64,000 bases of DNA from Eledone cirrhosa (lineage: Eukaryota), in NCBI GenBank assembly GCA_964016885.1, contig OZ024744.1, positions 127,720,001 to 127,784,000 of the forward strand. Direction: 5' to 3'. Under the pieces are notes generated by a model that saw only the letters and a program-made list of their open reading frames with translations, did no database searches and was not told where the DNA came from. The translations under genes were made by a program, and so were the position numbers. The first letter of the stretch is position 1, and each line of letters begins with the position of its first letter. Positions 46,901 through 59,029 of the stretch are shown here, piece after piece.

Positions 46901-49900
46901 GGTTAAGTTAAGTTGGGGTTAAGGTAAGTTGGGGTTATGTTAAGTTGGGGCTAAGTTAAGTTGGGGCTAAGTTAAGTTGGGGCTGAGTTAAGTTGGGGTT
47001 AAGTTAAGTTGGGGTTGAGTTAAGTTGGGGTTAAGTTAAGTTGGGATTAAGTTAAGTTGGGGTTAAGTTAAGTTCGGCTTGAGTTAAGTTGGGGTTAAGT
47101 TAAGTTGGGGTTAATTTAAGTTGGGGTTAAGTTAAGTTGGGGTTAAGATAAGTTGGGGTTAAGTTAAGTTTGGGTTAAGTTAAGTTGGGGTTGAGTTAAT
47201 TTGGGGTTAAGTTAAGTTGGGGTTAACTTAAGTTGGGGTTAAGTTGGGGTTAAGTTAAGTTGGGGTTAAGTTAAGTTGGGGTTAAGTTAAGTTGGGGTTA
47301 AGTTAAGTTGGGTTTAAGTTAAGTTGGGTTTAAGTTAAGTTGGGGCTAAGTTAAGTTGGGGCTAAGTTAAGTTGGGGCTGAGTTAAGTTGGGGTTAAGTT
47401 AAGTTGGGGTTGAGTTAAGTTGGGGTTATGTTAAGTTAGGGTTGAGTTAAGTTGGGGTTGAGTTAAGTTGGGGTTAAGTTAAGTTGGGGGTAAGTTAAGT
47501 TGGGGTTAAGTTAAGTTGGGGTTAAGTTAAGTTGGGTTTAAGTTAAGTTGGGGCTAAGTTAAGTTGGGGCTAAGTTAAGTTGGGGCTGAGTTAAGTTGGG
47601 GTTAAGTTAAGTTGGGGTTGAGTTAAGTTGGGGTTATGTTAAGTTAGGGTTGAGTTAAGTTGGGGTTGAGTTAAGTTGGGGTTGAGTTAAGTAGGGGTTA
47701 AGTTAAGTTGGCGTTAAGTTAAGTTGGGGTTAAGTTAAGTTGGGGTCAAGTTAATTTGCGGTTAAGTTAGGTTGTGGGTTAAGTTAAGTTGGGGTTAAGT
47801 TAAGCTGGGGTTAAGTTGGGGTAAGTTAAGTTGGGGGTAAGTTAAGTTGGGGTTAAGTTAAGTTGGGGTTAAGTTAAGTTGGGGTTGAGTTAAGTTGGGG
47901 TTGAGTTAAGTTGGGGTTGAGTTAAGTTGGGGTTAAGTTAAGTTGGGGTTAAGTTAAGTTGGGGTTAAATTAAGTTGGGGTTAAGTTAAGTTGGGGGTAA
48001 GTTAAGTTGGGGTTAAGTTAAGTTGGGGTTAAGTTAAGTTGGGGTTAAGTTAAGTTGGGGTTAAGTTAAGTTAAGGTTAATTTCAGTTGGGGTTATGTTA
48101 AGTTGGGGTTAAGTTAAGTTGGGGTTAAGTTAAAGTTGGGGTTAAATTAAGTTGGGGTTAAGTTAAGTTGGGGTTAAGTTAAGTTGGGGTTAAATTAAGT
48201 TGGGGTTCAGTTAAGTTGGGGTGAAATTAAGTTGGGGTTAAGTTAAGTTGGGGTTAGTTAAGTTGGGGTTAAGTTAAGTTGGGGTTAAGTTAAGTTGGGG
48301 TTAAGTTAAGTTGGAGTTAAGTTAAGTTGGGGTTAATTTAAGTTGTGGTTAAGTTAAGTTGGGGTTAAGTTAAGTTGGAGTTAAGTCAAGTTGGGGTTAA
48401 GTCAAGTTGGGGTTAAGTCAAGTTGGGGTTAAGTTAAGTTGGGGTTAAGTTAAGTTGGGGTTAAGTTAAGTTGGGGGTAAGTTAAGTTGCGTGTAAGTTA
48501 AGTTGGGGTTAAGTTAAGTTGGGGTTCAGTTCAGTTGGGGTTAAGTTAAGTTGGGGTTAAGTTAAGCTGGGGGTAAGTTAAGTTGGGTGTAAGTTAAGTT
48601 GGGGTTAAGTTAAGTTGGGGTTAATTTAAGTTGGGGTTAAATTAAGTTGGGGTTAAGTTAAGTTGGGGTTATGTTAAGTTGGGGTTAAGTTAAGTTGGGG
48701 TTAAGTTAAGTTGGAGTTAAGTTAAGTTGGGGTTAAGCTAAGTTGGGGTTCAGTTAAGTTGGGGTTAAGTTAATTTGCGGTTAGGTTAAGTTGTGGGTAA
48801 GTTAAGTTGGGGTAAGTTAAGTTGGGGGTAAGTTAAGTTGGGGTTAAGTTAAGTTGGGGTTAAATTAAGTTGGGGTTAAGTTAAGTTGGGGTTAAGTTAA
48901 GTTGGGGTTAAGTTAAGTTGGGGGTAAGTTAAGTTGGGGCTAAGTTAAGTTGGGGTTAAGTTAAGTTGGGGTTAACTTAAGTTGGGGTTAAGTTAAGTTG
49001 GGGCTAAGTTAAGTTGGGGCTAAGTTAAGTTGGGGCTGAGTTAAGTTGGGGTTAAGTTAAGTTCGGGTTGAGTTAAGTTGGGGGTAAGTTAAGTTGGGGC
49101 TAAGTTAAGTTGGGGCTAAGTCAAGTTGGGGTTAAGTTAAGTTGAGGTTAACTTAAGTTGGGGTTAAGTTAAGTTGGGGTTAAGTTAAGTTGGGGTTAAG
49201 GTAAGTTGGGGTTAAGTTAAGTTGGGGCTAAGTTAAGTTGGGGCTAAGTTAAGTTGGGGCTAAGTTAAGTTGGGGTTAAGTTGGGGTTAAGTTAAGTTGG
49301 GATTAAGTTAAGTTGGGGTTAAGTTAAGTTCGGGTTGAGTTAAGTTGGGGTTAAGTTAAGTTGGGGTTAATTTAAGTTGGGGTTAAGTTAAGTTGGGGTT
49401 GAGATAAGTTGGGGTTAAGTTAAGTTGGGGTTAAGTTAAGTTGGGGTTGAGTTAATTTGGGGTTAAGTTAAGTTGGGGTTAACTTAAGTTGGGGTTAAGT
49501 TAAGTTGGGGTTAAGTTAAGTTGGGGGTAAGTTAAATTGGGGGCAAGTTGAGTTGGGGTTAAGTTAAATTGGGGTTAAGTTAAGGTGGGGGTAAGTTAAG
49601 TTGGGGGTAAGTTAAGTTGGGGTTAAGTTAAGTTGGGGTTAAGTTAAGTTGGGGCTAAGTTAAGTTGGGGCTAAGTTAAGTTGGGGCTGAGTTAAGTTGG
49701 GGTTAAGTTAAGTTGGGGTTGAGTTAAGTTGGGGTTAAGTTAAGTTGTGGTTAAGTTGGGGTTAAGTTAAGTTGGGGTTAAATTAAGTTGGGGGTTAGTT
49801 AAGTTGGGGCAAGTTAAGTTGGGGTTATGTTAAGTTGGGGTTAAGTTAAGTTGGGGTTAAGTTAAGTTGGGGGTAAGTTAAGTTGGGGTTAAGTTAAGTT

Positions 49901-52900
49901 GGGGGTAAGTTAAGTTGAGGGTAAGTTAAGTTGGGGTTAAGTTAAGTTGAGGTTAAGTTAAGTTGGGGTTAAGTTAAGTTGGGGTTAATTTAAGTTGGGG
50001 GTAAGATAAGTTGGGGCTAAGTTAAGTTGGGGCTAAGTCAAGTTGGGGTTAAGTCAAGTTGAGGTTAACTTAAGTTGGGGTTAAGTTAAGTTGGGGTTAA
50101 GTTAAGTTGGGGTTAAGTTAAGTTGGGGTTAAATTAAGTTGGGGTTAAGTTAAGTTGGGGGTAAGTTAAGTTGGGGTTAAGTTAAGTTGGTGTTAAGTTA
50201 AGTTGGGGTTAAGTTAAGTTGGGGTTAAGTTAAGTTAAGGTTAATTTCAGTTGGGGTTATGTTAAGTTGGGGTTAAGTTAAGTTGGGGTTAAGTTAAGTT
50301 GGGTTTAAGTTAAGTTGGGGCTAAGTTAAGTTGGGGCTAAGTTAAGTTGGGGCTGAGTTAAGTTGGGGTTAAGTTAAGTTGGGGTTGAGTTAAGTTGGGG
50401 TTATGTTAAGTTAGGGTTGAGTTAAGTTGGGGTTGAGTTAAGTTGGGGTTGAGTTAAGTAGGGGTTAAGTTAAGTTGGCGTTAAGTTAAGTTGGGGTTAA
50501 GTTAAGTTGGGGTCAAGTTAATTTGCGGTTAAGTTAGGTTGTGGGTTAAGTTAAGTTGGGGTTAAGTTAAGCTGGGGTTAAGTTGGGGTAAGTTAAGTTG
50601 GGGGTAAGTTAAGTTGGGGTTAAGTTAAGTTGGGGTTAAGTTAAGTTGGGGTTGAGTTAAGTTGGGGTTGAGTTAAGTTGGGGTTGAGTTAAGTTGGGGT
50701 TAAGTTAAGTTGGGGTTAAGTTAAGTTGGGGTTAAATTAAGTTGGGGTTAAGTTAAGTTGGGGGTAAGTTAAGTTGGGGTTAAGTTAAGTTGGGGTTAAG
50801 TTAAGTTGGGGTTAAGTTAAGTTGGGGTTAAGTTAAGTTAAGGTTAATTTCAGTTGGGGTTATGTTAAGTTGGGGTTAAGTTAAGTTGGGGTTAAGTTAA
50901 AGTTGGGGTTAAGTTAAGTTGGGGTAAAGTTAAGTTAGGGTTAAGTTAAGTTGGGGTTAAGTTAAGTTGGGGTTAAATTAAGTTGGGGTTAAGTTAAGTT
51001 GGGGTTAAGTTAAGTTGGGGTTAAATTAAGTTGGGGTTCAGTTAAGTTGGGGTGAAATTAAGTTGGGGTTAAGTTAAGTTGGGGTTAGTTAAGTTGGGGT
51101 TAAGTTAAGTTGGGGTTAAGTTAAGTTGGGGTTAAGTTAAGTTGGGGTTAATTTAAGTTGGGGTTAAATTAAGTTGGGGTTAAGTTAAGTTGGGGTTATG
51201 TTAAGTTAGGGTTAAGTTAAGTTGGGGTTAATTTAAGTTGGGGTTAAATTAAGTTGGGGTTAAGTTAAGTTGGGGTTATGTTAAGTTGGGGTTAAGTTAA
51301 GTTGGGGTTAAGTTAAGTTAAGTTGGGGTTAAGCTAAGTCGGGGTTCAGTTAAGTTGGGGTTAAGTTAATTTGCGGTTAAGTTAAGTTGTGGGTAAGTTA
51401 AGTTGGGGTAAGTTAAGTTGGGGGTAAGTTAAGTTGGGGTTAAGTTAAGTTGGGGTTAAATTAAGTTGGGGTTAAGTTAAGTTGGGGTTAAGTTAAGTTG
51501 GGGTTAAGTTAAGTTGGGGGTAAGTTAAGTTGGGGCTAAGTTAAGTTGGGGTTAAGTTAAGTTGGGGTTAACTTAAGTTGGGGTTAAGTTAAGTTGGGGC
51601 TAAGTTAAGTTGGGGCTAAGTTAAGTTGGGGCTGAGTTAAGTTGGGGTTAAGTTAAGTTCGGGTTGAGTTAAGTTGGGGGTAAGTTAAGTTGGGGCTAAG
51701 TTAAGTTGGGGCTAAGTCAAGTTGGGGTTAAGTTAAGTTGAGGTTAACTTAAGTTGGGGTTAAGTTAAGTTGGGGTTAAGTTAAGTTGGGGTTAAGGTAA
51801 GTTGGGGTTAAGTTAAGTTGGGGCTAAGTTAAGTTGGGGCTAAGTTAAGTTGGGGCTAAGTTAAGTTGGGGTTAAGTTGGGGTTGAGTTAAGTTGGGGTT
51901 AAGTTAAGTGGGGATTAAGTTAAGTTGGGGTTAAGTTAAGTTCGGGTTGAGTTAAGTTGGGGTTAAGTTAAGTTGGGGTTAATTTAAGTTGGGGTTAAGT
52001 TAAGTTGGGGTTGAGATAAGTTGGGGTTAAGTTAAGTTGGGGTTAAGTTAAGTTGGGGTTGAATTAATTTGGGGTTAAGTTAAGTTGGGGTTAACTTAAG
52101 TTGGGGTTAAGTTAAGTTGGGGTTAAGTTAAGTTGGGGGTAAGTTAAATTGGGGGCAAGTTGAGTTGGGGTTAAGTTAAATTGGGGTTAAGTTAAGGTGG
52201 GGGTAAGTTAAGTTGGGGGTAAGTTAAGTTGGGGTTAAGTTAAGTTGGGGTTAAGTTAAGTTGGGGCTAAGTTAAGTTGGGGCTAAGTTAAGTTGGGGCT
52301 GAGTTAAGTTGGGGTTAAGTTAAGTTGGGGTTGAGTTAAGTTGGGGTTAAGTTAAGTTGTGGTTAAGTTGGGGTTAAGTTAAGTTGGGGTTAAATTAAGT
52401 TGGGGGTTAGTTAAGTTGGGGCAAGTTAAGTTGGGGTTATGTTAAGTTGGGGTTAAGTTAAGTTGGGGTTAAGTTAAGTTGGGGGTAAGTTAAGTTGGGG
52501 TTAAGTTAAGTTGGGGGTAAGTTAAGTTGAGGGTAAGTTAAGTTGGGGTTAAGTTAAGTTGAGGTTAAGTTAAGTTGGGGTTAAGTTAAGTTGGGGTTAA
52601 GTTAAGTTGGGGGTAAGATAAGTTGGGGCTAAGTTAAGTTGGGGCTAAGTCAAGTTGGGGTTAAGTCAAGTTGAGGTTAACTTAAGTTGGGGTTAAGTTA
52701 AGTTGGGGTTAAGTTAAGTTGGGGGTAAGTTAAATTGGGGGCAAGTTGAGTTGGGGTTAAGTTAAGTTGGGGTTAAGTTAAGGTGGGGGTAAGTTAAGTT
52801 GGGGGTAAGTTAAGTTGGGGTTAAGTTAAGTTGGGGTTAAGTTAAGTTGGGGCTAAGTTAAGTTGGGGCTAAGTTAAGTTGGGGCTGAGTTAAGTTGGGG

Positions 52901-55900
52901 TTAAGTTAAGTTGGGGTTAACTTAAGTTGGGGTTAAGTTAAGTTGGGGTTAAGTTGGGGGTAAGTTAAATTGGGGGCAAGTTGAGTTGGGGTTAAGTTAA
53001 GTTGGGGTTAAGTTAAGGTGGGGGTAAGTTAAGTTGGGGGTAAGTTAAGTTGGGGTTAAGTTAAGTTGGGGTTAAGTTAAGTTGGGGCTAAGTTAAGTTG
53101 GGGCTAAGTTAAGTTGGGGCTGAGTTAAGTTGGGGTTAAGTTAAGTTGGGGTTGAGTTAAGTTGGGGTTAAGTTAAGTTGGGGTTAAGTTGGGGTTAAGT
53201 TAAGTTGGCGTTAAATTAAGTTGGGGGTTAGTTAAGTTGGGGAAAGTTAAGTTGGGGTTATGTTAAGTTGGGGTTAAGTTAAGTTGGGGGTAAGATAAGT
53301 TGGGGCTAAGTTAAGTTGGGGTTAAGTTAAGTTGGGGTTAAGTTAAGTTGGGGTTTAGTTAAGTTGGGGTTAAGGTAAGTTGGGGTTATGTTAAGTTGGG
53401 GCTAAGTTAAGTTGGGGCTAAGTTAAGTTGGGGCTGAGTTAAGTTGGGGTTAAGTTAAGTTGGGGTTGATTTAAGTTGGGGTTAAGTTAAGTTGGGATTA
53501 AGTTAAGTTGGGGTTCAGTTAAGTTCGGCTTGAGTTAAGTTGGGGTTAAGTTAAGTTGGGGTTAATTTAAGTTGGGGTTAAGTTAAGTTGGGGTTAAGAT
53601 AAGTTGGGGTTAAGTTAAGTTGGGGTTAAGTTAAGTTGGGGTTGAGTTAATTTGGGGTTAAGTTAATTTGGGGTTAACTTAAGTTGGGGTTAAGTTGGGG
53701 TTAAGTTAAGTTGGGGGTAGGTTAAGTTGGGGGCAAGTTAAGTTGGGGTTAAGTTAAGTTGGGTTTAAGTTAAGTTGGGGCTAAGTTAAGTTGGGGCTAA
53801 GTTAAGTTGGGGCTGAGTTAAGTTGGGGGTAAGTTAAGTTGGGTGTAAGTTAAGTTGGGGTTAAGTTAAGTTGGGGTTCAGTTCAGTTGGGGTTAAGTTA
53901 AGTTGGGGTTAAGTTAAGTTGGGGTTAAGTTGGGGTTAAGTTAAGTTGGGGTTGAGTTAAGTTGGGGTTGAGTTAAGTTGGGGTTAAGTTAAGTTGGGGT
54001 TAAGTTAAGTTGGGGTTAAGTTAAGTTGGGGTTAAGTTAAGTTGGGGGTAAGTTAAGTTGGGGGCAAGTTAAGTTGGGGTCAAGTTAAGTTGGGGTTAAG
54101 TTAAGTTGGGGTTAAGTTAAGTTGGGGTTAAGTTAAGTTAGGGTTAATTTCAGTTGGGGTTATGTTAAGTTGGGGTTAAGTTAAGTTGGGGTTAAGTTAA
54201 AGTTGGGGTTAAGTTAAGTTGGGGTAAAGTTAAGTTAGGGTTAAGTTAATTGGGATTAAGTTAAGTTGGGGTTAAATTAAGTTGGGGTTAAGTTAAGTTG
54301 GGGTTAAGTTAAGTTGGGGTTAAATTAAGTTGGGGTTCAGTTAAGTTGGGGTTAAATTAAGTTGGGGTTAAGTTAAGTTGGGGTTGAGTTAAATTGGGGT
54401 TAAGTTAAGGTGGGGGTAAGTTAAGTTGGGGTTGAGTTAATTTGGGGTTAAGTTAAGTTGGGGTTAACTTAAGTTGGGGTTAAGTTGGGGTTGAGTTAAT
54501 TTGTGTTTAAGTTAAGTTGGGCTTAACTTAAGTTGGGGTTAAGTTAAGTTGGGGTTAAGTTAAGTTGGAGTTAAGGTAAGTTGGGGTTAAGTTAAGTTGG
54601 AGCTAAGTTAAGTTGGCGCTAAGTTAAGTTGGGGCTGAGTTAAGTTGGGGTTAAGTTGGGGTTGAGTTAAGTTGGGGTTAAGGTAAGTTGGGGTTAAGTT
54701 AAGTTGGAGCTAAGTTAAGTTGGGGTTAAGTTAAGTTGGGGTTGAGTTAATTTGGGGTTAAGTTAAGTTGGGGGCAAGTTGAGTTGGGGTTGAGTTAAAT
54801 TGGGGTTAAGTTAAGGTGGGGGTAAGTTAAGTTGGGGTTAAGTTAAGTTGGGGTTAAGTTAAGTTGGGGGTAAATTAAGTTGGGGTTAAGTTAAGTTGGG
54901 TTTAATTTCAGTTGGGGCTAAGTTAAGTTGGGTCTAAGTTAAGTTGGGGCTGAGTTAAGTTGGGGTTAAGTTAAGTTGGGGTTGAGTTAAGTTGGGGTTA
55001 ACTTAAGTTGGGGTTAAGTTGGGGTTAAGTTAAGCTGGGGTTAAGTTAAGTTGGGGGTAAGTTAAGTTGGGGGTAAGTTAAGTTGGGGTTAAGTTAAGTT
55101 GGGGTTAAATTAAGTTGAGGTTAAGTTAAGTTGGGGTTAAGTTAAGTTGGGGTTAAGTTAAGTTGGGGGTAAGATAAGTTGGGGCTAAGTTAAGTTGGGG
55201 CTAAGTCAAGTTGGGGTTAAGTCAAGTTGAGGTTAACTTAAGTTGGGGTTAAGTTAAGTTGGGGTTAAGTTAAGTTGGGGTTAAGGTAAGTTGGGGTTAT
55301 GTTAAGTTGGGACTAAGTTAAGTTGGGGCTAAGTTAAGTTGGGGCTGAGTTAAGTTGGGGTTAAGTTAAGTTGGGGTTGAGTTAAGTTGGGGTTAAGTTA
55401 AGTTGGGATTAAGTTAAGTTGGGGTTAAGTTAAGTTCGGCTTGAGTTAAGTTGGGGTTAAGTTAAGTTGGGGTTAATTTAAGTTGGGGTTAATTTAAGTT
55501 GGGGTTAAGATAAGTTGGGGTTAAGTTAAGTTGGGGTTAAGTTAAGTTGGGGTTGAGTTAATTTGGGGTTAAGTTAAGTTGGGGCTAACTTAAGTTGGGG
55601 TTAAGTTGGGGTTAAGTTAAGTTGAGGTTAAGTTAAGTTGGGGGTAGGTTAAATTGGGGGCAAGTTAAGTTGGGGTTAAGTTAAGTTGGGGTTAAGTTAA
55701 GTTGGGGGTAAGTTAAGTTGGGGTTAAGTTAAGTTGGGGCTAAGTTAAGTTGGGGCTGAGTTAAGTTGGGGTTAAGTTAAGTTGGGGTTGAGTTAAGTTG
55801 GGGTTATGTTAAGTTAGGGTTGAGTTAAGTTGGGGTTGAGTTAAGTTGGGGTTGAGTTAAGTTGGGGTTAAGTTAGGGTTGAGTTAAGTTGGGGTTGAGT

Positions 55901-56080
55901 TAAGTTGGGGTTGAGTTAAGTTGGGGTTAAGTTACGTTGGCGTTAAGTTAAGTTGGGGTTAAGTTAAGTTGGGGTTAAGTTAATTTGCGGTTAAGTTAGG
56001 TTGTGGGTTAAGTTAAGTTGGGTTTAAGTTAAGCTGGGGTTAAGTTGGGGTAAGTTAAGTTGGGGGTAAGTTAAGTTGGG
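40900..56080 (+). repeat. Compact copy of a ~15-kb super-unit, collinear with the expanded copy at ~9100-40900
   Basis: atgttaagtggggg 10801/42707 and ttaacttaag 11358/43264 (offset 31906); 15506/47693 and 15883/48070 (offset 32187); 30121/50230 (offset 20109); gggtttag 38101/53351, ttgatttaag 38216/53466 and ttgtgttt 39251/54501 (offset 15250). Confidence 0.8.
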
Positions 56081-56239
56081 GTTAAGTTAAGTTGGGGTTA
56101 AGTTAAGTTGGGGTTAAGTTAAGTTGGGGTTAAGTTAAGTTGGGGTTGAGTTAAGTTGGGGTTGAGTTAAGTTGGGGTTAAGTTAAGTTGGGGTTAAGTT
56201 AAGTTGGGGTTAAGTTAAGTTGGGGTTAAGTTAAGTTGG

Positions 56240-58930
56240 GGGTAAGTTAAGTTGGGGGCAAGTTAAGTTGGGGTTAAGTTAAGTTGGGGTTAAGTTAAGT
56301 TGGGGTTAAGTTAAGTTAGGGTTAATTTCAGTTGGGGTTATGTTAAGTTGGGGTTAAGTTAAGTTGGGGTTAAGTTAAGTTGGGGGTAAGTTAAATTGGG
56401 TGTAAGTTAAGTTGGGGTTAAGTTAAGTTGGGGTTCAGTTCAGTTGGGGTTAAGTTAAGTTGGGGTTAAGTTAAGCTGGGGGTAAGTTAAGTTGGGTGTA
56501 AGTTAAGTTGGGGTTAAGTTAAGTTGGGGTTTAGTTAAGTTGGGTGTTAGTTAAGTTGGGGGCAAGTTAAGTTGGGGTTAATTTAAGTTGGGGTTAAGTT
56601 AAGTTGGGGTTATGTTAAGTTGGGGTTAAGTTAAGTTGGGGTTAAGTTAAGTTGGGGGTAAGTTAAGTTGGGGTTAAGTTAAGTTGGGGGTAAGTTAAGT
56701 TGAGGGTAAGTTAAGTTGGGGTTAAGTTAAGTTGGGGTTAAATTAAGATGGGGGTAAGTTAAGTTGGGGGTAATTTAAGTTGGGGTTAAGTTAAGTTGGG
56801 GTTAAATTAAGTTGAGGTTAAGTTAAGTTGGGGTTAAGTTAAATTGGCGTTAATTTAAGTTGGGGGTAAGATAAGTTGGGGCTAAGTTAAGTTGGGGCTA
56901 AGTCAAGTTGGGGTTAAGTCAAGTTGAGGTTAACTTAAGTTGGGGTTATGTTAAGTTGGGGTTAAGTTGGGGCTAAGTTAAGTTGGGGCTGAGTTAAGTT
57001 GGAGTTAAGTTAAGTTGGGGTTGAGTTAAGTTGGGGTTAAGTTAAGTTGGGATTAAGTTAAGTTGGGGTTAAGTTAAGTTGGGGGTAAGTTAAGTTGGGG
57101 TTAAGTTAAGTTGGGGGTAAGTTAAGTTGAGGGTAAGTTAAGTTGGGGTTAAGTTAAGTTCGGCTTGAGTTAAGTTGGGGTTAAGTTAAGTTGGGGTTAA
57201 TTTAAGTTGGGGTTAAGTTAAGTTGGGGTTAAGATAAGTTGGGGTTAAGTTAAGTTGGGGTTAAGTTACGTTGGGGTTGAGTTAATTTGGGGTTAAGTTA
57301 AGTTGGGGTTAACTTAAGTTGGGGTTAAGTTGGGGGCAAGTTAAGTTGGGGTTAAGTTAAGTTGGGGTTAAGTTGGGTTTAAGTTAAGTTGGGGCTAAGT
57401 TAAGTTGGGGCTAAGTTAAGTTGGGGCTGAGTTAAGTTGGGGTTAAGTTAAGTTGGGGTTGAGTTAAGTTGGGGTTATGTTAAGTTAGGGTTGAGTTAAG
57501 TTGGGGTTGAGTTAAGTTGGGGTTGAGTTAATTTGGGGTTAAGTTAAGTTGGCGTTAAGTTAAGTTGGGGTTAAGTTAAGTTGGGGTTAAGTTAAGTTGG
57601 GGGTAAGTTAAGTTGGGGGCAAGTTAAGTTGGGGTTAAGTTAAGTTGGGGTTAAGTTAAGTTAGGGTTAATTTCAGTTGGGGTTATGTTAAGTTGGGGTT
57701 AAGTTAAGTTGGGGTTAATTTAAGTTGGGGGTAAGTTAAGTGGGGTGTAAGTTAAGTTGGGGTTAAGTTAAGTTGGGGTTCAGTTCAGTTGGGGTTAAGT
57801 TAAGTTGGGGTTAAGTTAAGCTGGGGGTAAGTTAAGTTGGGTGTAAGTTAAGTTGGGGTTAAGTTAAGTTGGGGGTTAAGTTAAGTTGGGGGTTAGTTAA
57901 GTTGGGGGCAAGTTAAGTTGGGGTTATTTTAAGTTGGGGTTAAGTTAAGTTGGGGTTATGTTAAGTTGGGGTTAAGTTAAGTTGGGGTTAAGTTAAGTTG
58001 GGGGTAAGTTAAGTTGGGGTTAAGTTAAGTTGGGGGTAAGTTAAGTTGAGGGTAAGTTAAGTTGGGGTTAAGTTAAGTTGGGGTTAAATTAAGATGGGGG
58101 TAAGTTAAGTTGGGGGTAAGTTAAGTTGGGGTTAAGTTAAGTTGGGGTTAAATTAAGTTGAGGTTAAGTTAAGTTGGGGTTAAGTTAAATTGGGGTTATT
58201 TTAAGTTGGGGGTAAGATAAGTTGGGGCTAAGTTAAGTTGGGGCTAAGTCAAGTTGGGGTTAAGTCAAGTTGAGGTTAACTTAAGTTGGGGTTATGTTAA
58301 GTTGGGGTTAAGTTGGGGCTAGGTTAAGTTGGGGCTGAGTTAAGTTGGGGTTAAGTTAAGTTGGGGTTGAGTTAAGTTGGGGTTAAGTTAAGTTGGGGTT
58401 AATTTAAGTTGGGGTTAAGTTAAGTTGGGGTTAAGATAAGTTGGGGTTAAGTTAAGTTGGGGTTAAGTTAAGTTGGGGTTGAGTTAATTTGGGGTTAAGT
58501 TAAGTTGGGGTTAACTTAAGTTGGGGTTAAGTTGGGGTTAAGTTAAGTTGGGGGTAGATTAAGTTGGGGGCAAGTTAAGTTGGGGTTAAGTTAAGTTGGG
58601 GTTAAGTTAAGTTGGGTTTAAGTTAAGTTGGGGCTAAGTTAACTTGGGGCTAAGTTAAGTTGGGGCTGAGTTAAGTTGGGGTTAAGTTAAGTTGGGGTTG
58701 AGTTAAGTTGGGGTTATGTTAAGTTAGGGTTGAGTTAAGTTGGGGTTGAGTTAAGTTGGGGTTGAGTTAAGTTGGGGTTAAGTTAAGTTGGCTTTAAGTT
58801 AAGTTGGGGTTAAGTTAAGTTGGGGTTAAGTTAATTTGCGGTTAAGTTAGGTTGTGGGTTAAGTTAAGTTGGGGTTAAGTTAAGCTGGGGTTAAATGGGG
58901 TAAGTTAAGTTGGGGGTAAGTTAAGTTGGG
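56240..58930 (+). repeat. Diverged tandem duplication, period ~1345 bp
   Basis: cagttcag at 56436/57781 (offset 1345); aagatggggg at 56745/58091 (offset 1346); many copy-private substitutions. Confidence 0.75.
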
Positions 58931-59029
58931 GTTAAGTTAAGTTGGGGTTAAGTTAAGTTGGGGTTAATTTAAGTTGGGGTTAAGTTAAGTTGGGGTTAAG
59001 ATAACTTGGGGTTAAGTTAAGTTGGGGTT

